This document shows, piece by piece, positions 18,896 to 28,789 of a stretch of DNA of 64,000 nucleotides. A program made the position numbers and the translations under genes. The notes beneath the pieces were generated by a model, which was given only the letters and a program-made list of their open reading frames with translations, had not been told where the DNA came from and did not search any database. Numbering within the stretch: the first letter of the stretch is position 1; every line of letters starts with the position of its first letter. Source of the stretch: an uncultured delta proteobacterium (GTDB lineage Bacteria > Myxococcota_A > Polyangia > Polyangiales > Houyiibacteriaceae); the NCBI GenBank assembly GCA_963746475.1, contig CAVVBB010000002.1:78935-142934 (forward strand), in the 5' to 3' direction.

Positions 18896-20116
18896 CTAAC
18901 CCTGGGCGATGGCCGCCCGTGTTTCTTCCAAGTTTTTGAGTCCGGGCTTGGGTGCGCCCACCAGACATGAGACGGTGCCGTAGATCTTGTTCTCGTACAT
19001 ACGCTGATGAGCCTGCGGGATCTCATCCCAAGTGAACAGCTCGGTCATGACGGGCGTGACTTTGCCCTGCAGAACCAGGCGGTTGGCCCGCCTCGAGCTG
19101 TCCGCGTTCGCGAAGTGAGAGCCGATGATGCGTTTTTGGCGCATCCAGAGGTGTCTTACGTCGAAGTTCAGGTCGTAGCCAGTGGTCGCGCCGCAGATCA
19201 CGATTCGCCCGAACTGCTCCGCTAGAAACACGCTCGCGGGGAACGTGGCCTTGCCCACGTGCTCGAACACGACGTTGGGCCCCTTACGTTCCCCGAGAAT
19301 CTCCCAGATTCGCTTTCCGAAGGCCTTGATGTCGCTCATGTGCGCCTTCTTCTCCTCGGGGCTCATGCCGTCGCGGTACTGGAGCTTCGGGAAGTCCTTC
19401 CGGTTGATCACGCCGTGGGCGCCGAGGTCCATGACGAGCTTGGCTTTCTCCTCGCTCGACACCACCGCAATGGCCCTCGCGCCGAGCACCTTGCAGAGCT
19501 GCACCGCGAACACGCCGAGGCCGCCGCCGGCGCCCCAGACGAGAACGTCCTCGCCGGCTTCCAGCTCAGCGCGGTCGACGAGCATGCGGTGCGCCGTGTA
19601 GTAGACGAGCCCGTAGCTCGCGGCTTCTTCCCAGCTCAGCGCGGGTGGCTTGGGCAGGACCTGCTGTGCCTGCACACGGGTGAACTGTGCGAACGAACCA
19701 TCCGGCGTTTCATAGCCCCAGATGGTTTGGTCTTCCGAGCCGCCGGGATTGAGCAGGTGGTTGCAGTGAAGAACGACCTCGTCGCCGACCTTGCAGTCGG
19801 TCACCCCGGGGCCGACGGCCCAGATTACGCCGGACGCGTCAGAGCCCGCGATGTGATAGTCGAGTCCGTGGGCTTTCAAGATGTTGACGGGTTGTCCGAG
19901 GCCCGCCCAGACGCCGTTGTAGTTCACGCCCGCGGCCATCACCTGCACGAGCACCTCACCAGGGCCGATGTCCCAGACGGGAACCTCTTCGGGCTGGAAA
20001 GACTTCAGGGGTTCTCCGAAGCGCTCCGGACGAATCACGTAGGCGTTCATCTTCTCGGGCACCACACCGAGATCCGGAATCTGGCCAATGGGGACGATCT
20101 GCGGACGTTCACTCAT
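18896..20116 (-). CDS. ccr: Crotonyl-CoA carboxylase/reductase
   Basis: MAAGVNYNGVWA, IWGYETPDGSFAQF and LWMRQKRIIGSHFAN motifs; CO2-binding Asn, Glu and His present. Confidence 0.93.
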   Translation of the reverse strand: MSERPQIVPIGQIPDLGVVPEKMNAYVIRPERFGEPLKSFQPEEVPVWDIGPGEVLVQVMAAGVNYNGVWAGLGQPVNILKAHGLDYHIAGSDASGVIWAVGPGVTDCKVGDEVVLHCNHLLNPGGSEDQTIWGYETPDGSFAQFTRVQAQQVLPKPPALSWEEAASYGLVYYTAHRMLVDRAELEAGEDVLVWGAGGGLGVFAVQLCKVLGARAIAVVSSEEKAKLVMDLGAHGVINRKDFPKLQYRDGMSPEEKKAHMSDIKAFGKRIWEILGERKGPNVVFEHVGKATFPASVFLAEQFGRIVICGATTGYDLNFDVRHLWMRQKRIIGSHFANADSSRRANRLVLQGKVTPVMTELFTWDEIPQAHQRMYENKIYGTVSCLVGAPKPGLKNLEETRAAIAQG

Positions 20117-21132
20117 GTTTGACCTCGCTGGTTTTTGCCGAGTCCATTTAAATACTCTTGGCTCAGCCGTTCGGAAAGACTCAAGGGAGTCTCCTCGTGG
20201 GAAAGTGACTCGCGCGCGCGCTTTGTGAGCTCTCTTCGTCCGCCGAGGCTCTTCAGGCCGTGTTCACCGTGCCGACGTGCGAAGATCTGCACGGCCCACT
20301 GGGCTTCGGCTTCTCGACGGCGTGTGTCTAGAGTGCTTTTCAGCTGGTCCCGGTGCGCCTGCAGGGCATCGGCGAGCTCCGCGATGCCGGTGTCGTCCTG
20401 AGCGCTCGTGGCGATGATCGGCGTATGCCAGCCCGCCTCGCTGTGAGCCGTCGCACCAACGGCCGTCGCGGTCCGGAGCGCTCCATGGAGGTCGGCCACG
20501 GCCCGGGCCGCCAGGTCCCTCTGGTCCGCCTTGTTGACCACGAGGATGTCCGGGATCTCCATGATTCCGGCTTTGAGAAACTGCAGCACGTCCCCGCTGC
20601 CCGGCTGGATGACCAGGACGACCGTGTCGACCACGTGCACGACGTCGATTTCAGACTGGCCTACGCCGGTAGTCTCGACGATCACGGCGTCGTAAGCGGC
20701 CGCAAGCACACGCACCGCGGCATTGGCCGCGTAGGCGAGGCCGCCAACTTCGCCTGCCGTCGCCAGCGAGCGCACGAACACTCCCTCGTCGTTCGGATCG
20801 AAGCCCATCCGCGCCCGGTCTCCGAGCAGGCTGCCGTGTGACCTCAGGCTCGACGGGTCCACCGCGACCACGCCCACGCTGCGTCCGCGCTGACGGATTT
20901 CCCGGGTCAGGGCCGCGGCGAGGCTGCTCTTGCCGACGCCTGGAGGTCCGGTGAGGCCGATGCGGTGGCCTGTCGCTGCCTTGGGGGCCGGCCGTAGCCC
21001 TTCGAGCAATCGGGCGACTCGCGCTTGCGATGACTCACGGCGGTCCTCCACCAGATTCAGGGCGCGGGAGACCGCCGCTTTGTCGGCCGCGATCACCGCT
21101 GCCGCATCGTCAGCGGATTCACTCGGCGGCAT
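20113..21132 (-). CDS. meaB: MeaB/ArgK family GTPase chaperone of B12-dependent mutase
   Basis: GLTGPPGVGKS, AVDPSS...LLGDRARM, ETTGVGQSE, KAGIMEI and VNKAD motifs. Confidence 0.93.
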   Translation of the reverse strand: MPPSESADDAAAVIAADKAAVSRALNLVEDRRESSQARVARLLEGLRPAPKAATGHRIGLTGPPGVGKSSLAAALTREIRQRGRSVGVVAVDPSSLRSHGSLLGDRARMGFDPNDEGVFVRSLATAGEVGGLAYAANAAVRVLAAAYDAVIVETTGVGQSEIDVVHVVDTVVLVIQPGSGDVLQFLKAGIMEIPDILVVNKADQRDLAARAVADLHGALRTATAVGATAHSEAGWHTPIIATSAQDDTGIAELADALQAHRDQLKSTLDTRRREAEAQWAVQIFARRHGEHGLKSLGGRRELTKRARESLSHEETPLSLSERLSQEYLNGLGKNQRGQT

Positions 21133-23122
21133 GTCGCCGGTTCACCAGCTCGATCAGGTCGCCCATGATGTGGTCGAGCTCGAAGTCCTTGGGCGTGTAG
21201 ACCGCCGCGACGCCTTCGGCGCGCAGGCGCTCGGCATCGGCCTCCGGAATGATTCCGCCCACGACCACTGGGACTTCCAGGCCGGCCTCGCGCAAGCGCT
21301 GAGTCACCTCCGGCACCAGCGCCAAATGCGATCCGCTCAGAATGCTCAGCCCGATCAGGTGCACGCCTTCTTCGAGGGCCGCATTGACGATCTGCTCTGG
21401 CGTGACTCGGATGCCCTCGTAGACGACGTCGAAGCCCACATCGCGCGCCTTGATGGCGATCTGTTCAGCGCCGTTCGAGTGCCCATCCAGTCCGGGCTTG
21501 CCCACGAGTAGCTTCGGCCTACGACCCAGTCGTTCGGTCAGCTCATCGAGCTTGGCGCGCAGCTCTGCGATGACGTTCGCGTCGCCACCCTCGGAAGCCG
21601 CCGTCACAGTCGCTCCGGAAACGCCGGTCGGCGCGCGATACTCGCCCCAGATGTCCCGGAGCGCATGGGCCCACTCTCCAGTGGTGACCCCGGCGTGCGC
21701 AGCGGCGATGCTGGCCGGGATGATGTTCTCTTTCGTTCGGGCGACTCGGCACAGCTCCCGTAGGGCACGCTCGGCGGCTTCGGAGTCCCGCTCGTCGCGC
21801 CAGCGCGCCAGCTCTTGCTTCTGTTGCGCCTCGACCTCGGGGTCGACGCTGAGGATGGCCTCGTCGAGGTTTTCGACTAGAGGGGAGTCGGCCCCTTCGG
21901 TGTAGCGATTGACCCCCACGACGACCTGCTCGCCGGTCTCGATGGCGCGGAGCCGCGCTGCGTTGGACTCCACGAGCTTCTGCTTGATGTATCCGCTTTC
22001 GACCGCATCGACGGCGCCGCCCTGAGCGAGGATGGACTCCACTTCTTCCCAGGCGGCCTCGACCAGCGCCTCGGTCTCCTCCTCGACCACTCGGCTGCCG
22101 GTGAACAGGTCGCCGTACTCGAGCAGGTCGCTCTCGAACGCTAGAATCTGCTGCGCGCGCAGCGACCACTGCTGGTCCCAGGGACGCGGCAGACCGAGCG
22201 CCTCATTCCAGGCCGGCAGCTGAATGGCACGCGCACGCGCGTCCTTGCTCAGCGCGACCGCGAGCATCTCGAGCACGATGCGGATGATGTTGTTCTCCGG
22301 CTGCTGTTCGGTGAGACCGAGCGAGTTCACCTGAACGCCGTAGCGGAAGCGCCGCAGCTTCGGGTCCGCGACGCCATACCGCTCGAGCGTGATTCGGTCC
22401 CACAGCTCGACGAAGGCGCGCATCTTGCACATCTCTTCGACGAAGCGAATGCCCGCGTTGACGAAGAAGCTGATGCGACCGACGACCTTGCCGAAGTCGG
22501 CCTCGGGAATGCGGCCGGTGTCCCTCACGGCGTCCAGCACGCCGATGGCCGTGACGAGCGCGTAGGCGAGCTCCTGGGTGGGCGTTGCCCCCGCTTCCTG
22601 CAGGTGGTAGCTGCAGATGTTGATCGGGTTCCACTTGGGAACTTGGTCCACGGTGTACGTGACGAGGTCCGTGGTCAGCCGCATCGAGGCCGCCGGTGGA
22701 AAGATGTAGGTGCCCCGAGACAGGTACTCTTTGATGATGTCGTTCTGCGTGGTTCCTCGCAGCACCTTCGGATCCACGCCTCGTTCCTCGGCCAGCGCGA
22801 CGTAGAGCGCGAACAGCCAGGCCGCGGTCGCGTTGATGGTCATCGAGGTGTTCATCTGCTCGATGGGGAGCTCATCAAACAGGGCGCGCATGTGGCCCAG
22901 ATGGGAGACGGGGACTCCCACCTTGCCGACCTCGCCTCTGGCCAGCGGGTCGTCTGCGTCATAACCGGTCTGCGTGGGCAGATCGAAGGCCACGCTGAGG
23001 CCGGTCTGGCCCTTGGCGAGGTTCGTGCGATAGAGCGCGTTCGAGGCGGCGGCCGTGCTGTGCCCCGAATACGTGCGCATGATCCACGGTTTGTCGCGGT
23101 GACGCTGGCCGGGTGCATTCAT
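21119..23122 (-). CDS. ecm: Ethylmalonyl-CoA mutase (MeaA/Ecm)
   Basis: PWIMRTYSGHS, GLSVAFDLPTQTGYD, LGLPRPWDQQWSLR; B12-binding GKPGLDGHSNGAEQI. Confidence 0.95.
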   Translation of the reverse strand: MNAPGQRHRDKPWIMRTYSGHSTAAASNALYRTNLAKGQTGLSVAFDLPTQTGYDADDPLARGEVGKVGVPVSHLGHMRALFDELPIEQMNTSMTINATAAWLFALYVALAEERGVDPKVLRGTTQNDIIKEYLSRGTYIFPPAASMRLTTDLVTYTVDQVPKWNPINICSYHLQEAGATPTQELAYALVTAIGVLDAVRDTGRIPEADFGKVVGRISFFVNAGIRFVEEMCKMRAFVELWDRITLERYGVADPKLRRFRYGVQVNSLGLTEQQPENNIIRIVLEMLAVALSKDARARAIQLPAWNEALGLPRPWDQQWSLRAQQILAFESDLLEYGDLFTGSRVVEEETEALVEAAWEEVESILAQGGAVDAVESGYIKQKLVESNAARLRAIETGEQVVVGVNRYTEGADSPLVENLDEAILSVDPEVEAQQKQELARWRDERDSEAAERALRELCRVARTKENIIPASIAAAHAGVTTGEWAHALRDIWGEYRAPTGVSGATVTAASEGGDANVIAELRAKLDELTERLGRRPKLLVGKPGLDGHSNGAEQIAIKARDVGFDVVYEGIRVTPEQIVNAALEEGVHLIGLSILSGSHLALVPEVTQRLREAGLEVPVVVGGIIPEADAERLRAEGVAAVYTPKDFELDHIMGDLIELVNRRHAAE

Positions 23123-23210
23123 GCGTCGGTCCTTTCTCTCGCGATTCCGCGAGGCGGAATCGTAACTCGTTTTCGCATTCCAAGTCGGGCGCCGAGGGCC
23201 GTTGCGGTGC

Positions 23211-23350
23211 TTTTTACAGCTTCACACAGCCAGCTCGACTCATTGCTGGGTATCATACCCTCGTTCTGGGTCAAGGATCGCAATTCACTAGCAATCAGAA
23301 TATGTTTCAGCCCGTTCGGACACTAGCGCAATCTGTAAAAACAGTGTAAA
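23211..23350. promoter_or_regulatory. Candidate ScfR/RamB-type operator sites
   Basis: TTTTTACAG (23211-23219) is the exact reverse complement of CTGTAAAAA (23333-23341); tandem TGTAAA-N5-TGTAAA at 23334-23350. Confidence 0.5.
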
Positions 23351-23359
23351 CGCCTCTCC

Positions 23360-24868
23360 GTGCCCGAGACCAACGCTGCAATGGGTCGAAGACTGCGTGA
23401 ATTGCGGCTGCGACGCGGACTGCAACAAGGGGAGGTCGCCCGGCGTCTGAACGTGTCGCCCGCCTATTTGAGTCTCATCGAAAAAGGGAAGCGGGTCGTG
23501 CAGCTTCCTCTTCTATTCGAGGCCCTCGAGGTCTACGGGGTCGAGGTCGAGGCGTTCATGCAGAGCCTGGGCGAGCAGCGCGTCGACGACGGCTTGAAGC
23601 GTTTGCTCGACGAGCCCCTGTTGCGCTCGCTGAACCTGAGCGAGGATGACTTGACGAGCATCGGCGCCGAGCCGCGGACGGTCGCCACCATCACGGCACT
23701 GTTCAATCTGTACAAGAACACGCGGACCCAACTCGACAATGTCATGGCGAGCATCTCCCAGCGCGAGCGCGGCGAAAGGGAAGAGGGATCGCTGCGTTTC
23801 GACTACAGCCCCTTCGACGAGGTCACCGATTTTTTGGAGCAGCACGAAAACTGGTTTCCCTCGCTCGAGGCCAGAGCACAGAAATTCAGCAAAGACGCCG
23901 ACTTTGGGCGGCGTGTCAGCAGCGACGACTTGATCCGCGCCCTGCGTACCCAGGTCGACGTCGAGGTGAAGCAAGCTAGCGGAGAGGGTTCCAGCTCGGT
24001 CATCCGGCAGTGGGACCAAGAAGGGCGGGTCCTCACGATTTCGGCGGAGCTGTTCGAGCAACGTCTCAAGTTCCAGCTCGCTCACACCGTTGCGCTGGTT
24101 TTGTTCGACAAGGAAAAGCTTCACAAGCCTATCCTGTCTGGCTACTCCGGCCAGCACGCCGAGACCCGCAAGCTGCTCAAGATCCATCTGGCCAACTACT
24201 TCGCGGGTGCCCTGCTACTGCCCTACGACGAGTTCTATCGCGAGGTGAAGCGGACGCGGTACGATGTCGAGCTGCTGGCGCAGCTCTTCGAATCTTCGTA
24301 CGAGACCGTCGCGCACCGCATGTGCAACCTGAGCAATCCGGACAAGCGCGGCATTCCGATGCACTTTCATCGGGTCGACGTGGCCGGGAACATCAGCAAG
24401 CGGTACTCGGGCGACGGAATCCGCTTTTCCCACCACGATGGCAGCTGTCCGAAGATGGCCATTCACCTGGCGTTCCTGACGCCAAACGTGATCACGAAGC
24501 AATACTCGACGTTCCCAGACGGCTCGACGTACTTCTGCTTCGCCAAGGTCGTGACCGAGCCGGAGCAGGGCAGCATCGGCCGCGGCACCACGTACAGCAT
24601 CGGCCTGGGCACACACGCCGACAAGGCCAAGCATTTGGCCTACGCCGACGATTTGCCGTTCGCCGATCCCAAGAAGATGGCGGTTCCGGTGGGCACGACC
24701 TGTCGGTTCTGCGAGCGCACGGACTGCAACATGCGTTCGGCGCCGAGCTACAAGTTCGCGTTTCGGGTCGATGAGTACACCAAGAAGGACAACTTCTTTT
24801 CGCCGCTGGTCAGGGGTGACCGGAGCTCCGAGCCCCCACGACCGGGTCGCCGCAAGCCGCCGGCGTGA
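23360..24868 (+). CDS. XRE/ScfR (RamB/PccR-like) short-chain acyl-CoA regulator
   Basis: N-terminal XRE HTH; FQLAH...ANYFAGALLLPY, SYETVAHR, RVDVAGNISKR; C-terminal CRFCERTDC. Confidence 0.93.
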   Translation: MPETNAAMGRRLRELRLRRGLQQGEVARRLNVSPAYLSLIEKGKRVVQLPLLFEALEVYGVEVEAFMQSLGEQRVDDGLKRLLDEPLLRSLNLSEDDLTSIGAEPRTVATITALFNLYKNTRTQLDNVMASISQRERGEREEGSLRFDYSPFDEVTDFLEQHENWFPSLEARAQKFSKDADFGRRVSSDDLIRALRTQVDVEVKQASGEGSSSVIRQWDQEGRVLTISAELFEQRLKFQLAHTVALVLFDKEKLHKPILSGYSGQHAETRKLLKIHLANYFAGALLLPYDEFYREVKRTRYDVELLAQLFESSYETVAHRMCNLSNPDKRGIPMHFHRVDVAGNISKRYSGDGIRFSHHDGSCPKMAIHLAFLTPNVITKQYSTFPDGSTYFCFAKVVTEPEQGSIGRGTTYSIGLGTHADKAKHLAYADDLPFADPKKMAVPVGTTCRFCERTDCNMRSAPSYKFAFRVDEYTKKDNFFSPLVRGDRSSEPPRPGRRKPPA

Positions 24869-24892
24869 TATGTTCGCGCGCGGAGGTGAAGG

Positions 24893-25378
24893 ATGCCCTC
24901 GTTCGACGTGGTTTCTGAGCTCGACCGTCACGAGCTAGACAATGCCCTGAACCAAGCGAAAAAAGAGATCGCGCAGCGTTTCGACTTCAAAGGCACCGAA
25001 AGCAGTATCGAGCAGACCGAGGAGGGGATCGTCCTTCGCTCGAACAGCGAAGGACGGATCGATGCGGTTCGGGACGTGCTCGAAGGCAAGGTGGTACGCC
25101 GAAAGGTCTCACTGAAGTCGCTGGACGCGCAGACGCCCGAACCCGCAGGCGGGAAGACCTGGCGGCAGCTGATCAAACTCAAGGAGGGGATCGACCGGGA
25201 CAAGGCCAAGCTCATCGTCAAGGCCATCAAGGACAGCAAAATCAAGGTTCAGGCCTCGGTTCAAGGGGACGTCGTGCGCGTTTCCGGCAAGAAGCGTGAC
25301 GACCTGCAGCAAACCATCGCGCTCTTGAAGGAGGGCGACTTCGAAGTGCCTCTGCAGTTCACGAACTTTCGGGACTGA
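24893..25378 (+). CDS. yajQ: YajQ family nucleotide-binding protein
   Basis: MPSFDVVSE, RFDFKG, VRVSGKKRDDLQ and FTNFRD motifs. Confidence 0.96.
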   Translation: MPSFDVVSELDRHELDNALNQAKKEIAQRFDFKGTESSIEQTEEGIVLRSNSEGRIDAVRDVLEGKVVRRKVSLKSLDAQTPEPAGGKTWRQLIKLKEGIDRDKAKLIVKAIKDSKIKVQASVQGDVVRVSGKKRDDLQQTIALLKEGDFEVPLQFTNFRD

Positions 25379-25390
25379 GCGCGGTCGAAC

Positions 25391-26251
25391 ATGTTGGAAA
25401 ACTCAGACGTGCGAATTCGGGTCGGGTATCAGGGTAGCGAGGGCGCATATAGCCACCTCGCGGCGACGCGACACTTCGTCGGAAAGCCGGTGCTCCCCGT
25501 GGGCTTGGAGAGCTTTGCCGCCATGCTGCAGGCCCTGCAGGATGGCGAGATCGACTACGCCGTGCTTCCCATCGAGAATTCGATCGCAGGATCGATCAAC
25601 GAGAGTTACGACCTGCTGGCGCACATGAACCTGGCTCTGGTCGGTGAGCTGTTCCAGCCCATCGCACATTGTCTGATCGGCGCCGCTTCCGTTCCCGTCA
25701 CCTCCTTGCGCCGCGTGTACTCTCACCCGGTGGCGCTCGCGCAGTGTGGAAAGTTCTTGGCGACGCTTCAGAACTGTCATGTCGAGGCCTTCAAGGACAC
25801 GGCGATGGCGGTCCAGAAGGTCAAGAAGGACGGAGACCCCAGTCAGGCTGCCATCGCGAGTGAAGAGGCGGCGCGCCTGCACGGGCTACCCATCCTTCGC
25901 CGTGAAATCGCCGATCACCCCGAGAACTACACGCGCATGGTCATCGTGGCCCGGGAGCCGGTCCGCAACGAGCTGGATGTCCCGTGCAAGACCTCGCTCA
26001 TGTTTTCGACGGTGCACGAGCAGGGCGCGCTCGCGCGCTGTATCGCTCTTCTGTCCGAGCGAGGTCTCAACTTGACGAAGATCGAGTCGCGCCCCAGGCC
26101 GGACAGCCCTTTCGAGTACGTTTTCTATCTAGACTTCGAAGGTAATGTCGAGGACCCGAGCGTTCGTGAAGCGCTCGATGAGCTGGGCGAGGTCACGACC
26201 CAGCTGAAGGTCCTGGGCTGTTACCCGACGCGTCGAGCCGGGCAGGGCTGA
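25391..26251 (+). CDS. pheA: Prephenate dehydratase
   Basis: GYQGSEGAYS, PIENSIAG, SHPVALAQC, NYTRM; ACT domain LTKIESRP. Confidence 0.93.
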   Translation: MLENSDVRIRVGYQGSEGAYSHLAATRHFVGKPVLPVGLESFAAMLQALQDGEIDYAVLPIENSIAGSINESYDLLAHMNLALVGELFQPIAHCLIGAASVPVTSLRRVYSHPVALAQCGKFLATLQNCHVEAFKDTAMAVQKVKKDGDPSQAAIASEEAARLHGLPILRREIADHPENYTRMVIVAREPVRNELDVPCKTSLMFSTVHEQGALARCIALLSERGLNLTKIESRPRPDSPFEYVFYLDFEGNVEDPSVREALDELGEVTTQLKVLGCYPTRRAGQG

Positions 26252-26303
26252 CAGCAAGCTCGAGCGCTAGCAGGGGGACCATGGAGAGAGGGGCTTCGTT
26301 CGT

Positions 26304-28643
26304 TCAGCTCGCAGCGGCCGCCCGGTCGAAGCCCCGGCCTGCAGCTTCCTCGAGCCGCTGGGCGTCCGCCGGCATGCCCGAAGCGAGGCAGACCGTGGCC
26401 AGCATTTTGAGGGCGGCTGCTTCAGCCTGCTGGTCCTCGTCCAGCCTCGCTGACTCCACTGCTTCGAGCGCGGCGATCATCGCCTCTCTGGGCCGTCGCC
26501 GGGCCAGGTCCAAGCAAGCCGCGGCGATCGCGATTCGGGTTCGTGCACCCGCGGCGCCCGCAGGGGACTTGCGCGCGGCCCGGAGCGCCGCAAGAGCCGA
26601 CGCGGTGTCGGCGCGGCTCACGTAAGACAAAACCCGTAGGCAGTGTGCGCTGGCGAGGTCGGCTCCCGAGGCGATGGCCGTCTCCATGAGCTGGTCGAAG
26701 CGACCGTGATCGCGGGTCTGCAAGGCCTTGATCACCTGCGCTTCGGTCGTGTCCTGCCGGACGTCCACGAACGGAATCGTTGGACGTTCCTCGGCTTCTT
26801 CGTCGGGTGAGCTCGACTTCTGCCGGGCGGACTGACTGATCTGCGCCGCCCTGAGTCGCGTTGCTTCATCCGGCTTGTATTGAACCGCGACCGCTGCGAG
26901 CCGCACGGCCGCGTTTGCGTAACCGAGCTTGGTGGCCAGGGTGCCGACGTTCAACAAAGCCTTGACGCCGGCGTCGAGGTCGCCGCCCTCGCAATCGTAC
27001 GCTCCTGTGGTGGCGGCCATTGCAGGACCGAAGTGTGGCTCCTCCTCGTGCAGGGCCCTCGCCACGAAGCGATAGATCTCCGAGCGCCGGGCTGGAGGCA
27101 TACGCTGGATGACGATCCTTCGGAGGACCTCCGAGCTCGGCTTCGCGGTCACCCCGAGCAGCCGGTCGGCGATGAGGGCTTTGCGCGCGACCGCTCTGGC
27201 CTTCGCATCGAAGCCGTCCATTTCAGCGGCGGCGTCGATCACGCGAGCAGAGGAGACAGGCAGGGCGGCGCAGGCCACCTCCAAGTACTTGAGCGAGCTA
27301 CCGTCCAGGGCGCTCATGCGTTCCTCGAGCAACTCACGAGGGCCGGTGAACTGTCGCCGCTCGCGCGTGGCGGTCCGCCAAACGAAGCGCTCGCCGTCTC
27401 GCACGATGTCTCCTGCCGCCACCATCGTCCGCGCGGCCTCGGTGAGCCCCAGCAGCGAGCCACCGCCTGCGATGACGACCTGCTTGGCGATGTCGGCGGG
27501 CGTTTGCTCCCCGACGATGGCACGGGCGATGAGCAGCGCCTCGTTGGCCTCGAGGTTGGGCAGGCTGAGCCTCGTCGGGGTCGTGATCTCCTGAAGGTCT
27601 GCCGGAATCTGTTTGTCCAGTAGACGGACGCAGGCCAATGCGGCAACGCCCTCGTCGTTGAGGATGTCTGCCAGGATGGAGAGCGTGGCCGGATCTACCG
27701 CGGACACCCGCTCCAAGTAGAACCAGGGAAGGCCCCTGTGCCCGCGCAGCTCGCGTAGCAGCGTCTTCATGGCCGACAGCGCGGCAGCCCGCGGAGGCGG
27801 GTTCCCGCGGGCAATGTTGGCCAGAGCGGCCACCGCCTCCGGATGCTGGGCTTGCAAGACTTCGCTCAGCTGTTCGGGGCTGTGCCAGGCGGAGAGCAGC
27901 GCAAGGCGCAGGCTCCCGAGCGGCTCGAGTCCCCCAGGCACCGCGCCGAGCTCCAAGAATGCCGGAGGCCTGAGCTCGTCACGGAGCTTGAGCACGCCCG
28001 CCCGCGCACCGCTACCGAGCGGCGCGTCGAGGAAGAAAGTTCGTGACACCTTCTTTGCAGCCGCCTCTTTGATAGGCTCGAGCGCGTGGCGGAGGCTCGC
28101 TGGGATCGGCGCTGGCGCCAGCGCGGCGATGGCCTGCCTGCACTGCTGCAAAAAAGGCCTCGTTCGGTCGATGGTCTCGCCGCGCAAAGCGACCGAGGCG
28201 GTGCTCACTGTGCGACCGAAGAGGTAAGTTCGAGCCGCGGCTTCCCGCGCTTCCACGTCGAGCACGACCTCGCCCGCCTGCGCCTGGTTGGCGAGCAGCT
28301 GCGCGCGGTCGATGGCACTACCGATACTGTCCTCGCGCCCACCGCCGTCCCGCGTCCTTTGGATGTCTCCGGTCGCGATGCCGAAAGCGATTGGGATGCC
28401 TTGGGCAGGGACGGGCTGTGCTTCCGCTTCGGATAGGAGTCTCAAGGCGAGGTTGACCGCATTGCGAAGCTCGTCGAGACCAAAGCTGGCCACCACGGTA
28501 CCCGCCAGCGATGAGATGACCTCGCCACCGGCCGCGGGTACCGCTCGGGTGACGTATCGCGCCCACTGGGCGGCCGCAGCGGTGGCTTCTTCCTCCTCGA
28601 AGGCCGTCGGCAGGACCCGGTGCCATAGGACAAAGCGCTCCAT
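26304..28643 (-). CDS. Hypothetical protein: degenerate class III cyclase-like domain, degenerate STAND ATPase-like domain and helical repeats
   Basis: FGIATGDI...IGSAIDRAQLLANQAQAGEVVL resembles the cyclase fold; YLERVSAVDPATLSIL resembles a STAND Walker B region. Confidence 0.65.
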   Translation of the reverse strand: MERFVLWHRVLPTAFEEEEATAAAAQWARYVTRAVPAAGGEVISSLAGTVVASFGLDELRNAVNLALRLLSEAEAQPVPAQGIPIAFGIATGDIQRTRDGGGREDSIGSAIDRAQLLANQAQAGEVVLDVEAREAAARTYLFGRTVSTASVALRGETIDRTRPFLQQCRQAIAALAPAPIPASLRHALEPIKEAAAKKVSRTFFLDAPLGSGARAGVLKLRDELRPPAFLELGAVPGGLEPLGSLRLALLSAWHSPEQLSEVLQAQHPEAVAALANIARGNPPPRAAALSAMKTLLRELRGHRGLPWFYLERVSAVDPATLSILADILNDEGVAALACVRLLDKQIPADLQEITTPTRLSLPNLEANEALLIARAIVGEQTPADIAKQVVIAGGGSLLGLTEAARTMVAAGDIVRDGERFVWRTATRERRQFTGPRELLEERMSALDGSSLKYLEVACAALPVSSARVIDAAAEMDGFDAKARAVARKALIADRLLGVTAKPSSEVLRRIVIQRMPPARRSEIYRFVARALHEEEPHFGPAMAATTGAYDCEGGDLDAGVKALLNVGTLATKLGYANAAVRLAAVAVQYKPDEATRLRAAQISQSARQKSSSPDEEAEERPTIPFVDVRQDTTEAQVIKALQTRDHGRFDQLMETAIASGADLASAHCLRVLSYVSRADTASALAALRAARKSPAGAAGARTRIAIAAACLDLARRRPREAMIAALEAVESARLDEDQQAEAAALKMLATVCLASGMPADAQRLEEAAGRGFDRAAAAS

Positions 28644-28789
28644 CGCGACTAATTACGGACCGTCCTGTCGGACGTCCCCTCTACGGCCGAAGCTTCCCAT
28701 ACTTGCTTGCACAAGATCTCATGCGCCCAGAGCGATGTAAAGAGACGAGCTTTCTCGACGCGGCCTGGGCGTCTATGTTAACTGGAAGC

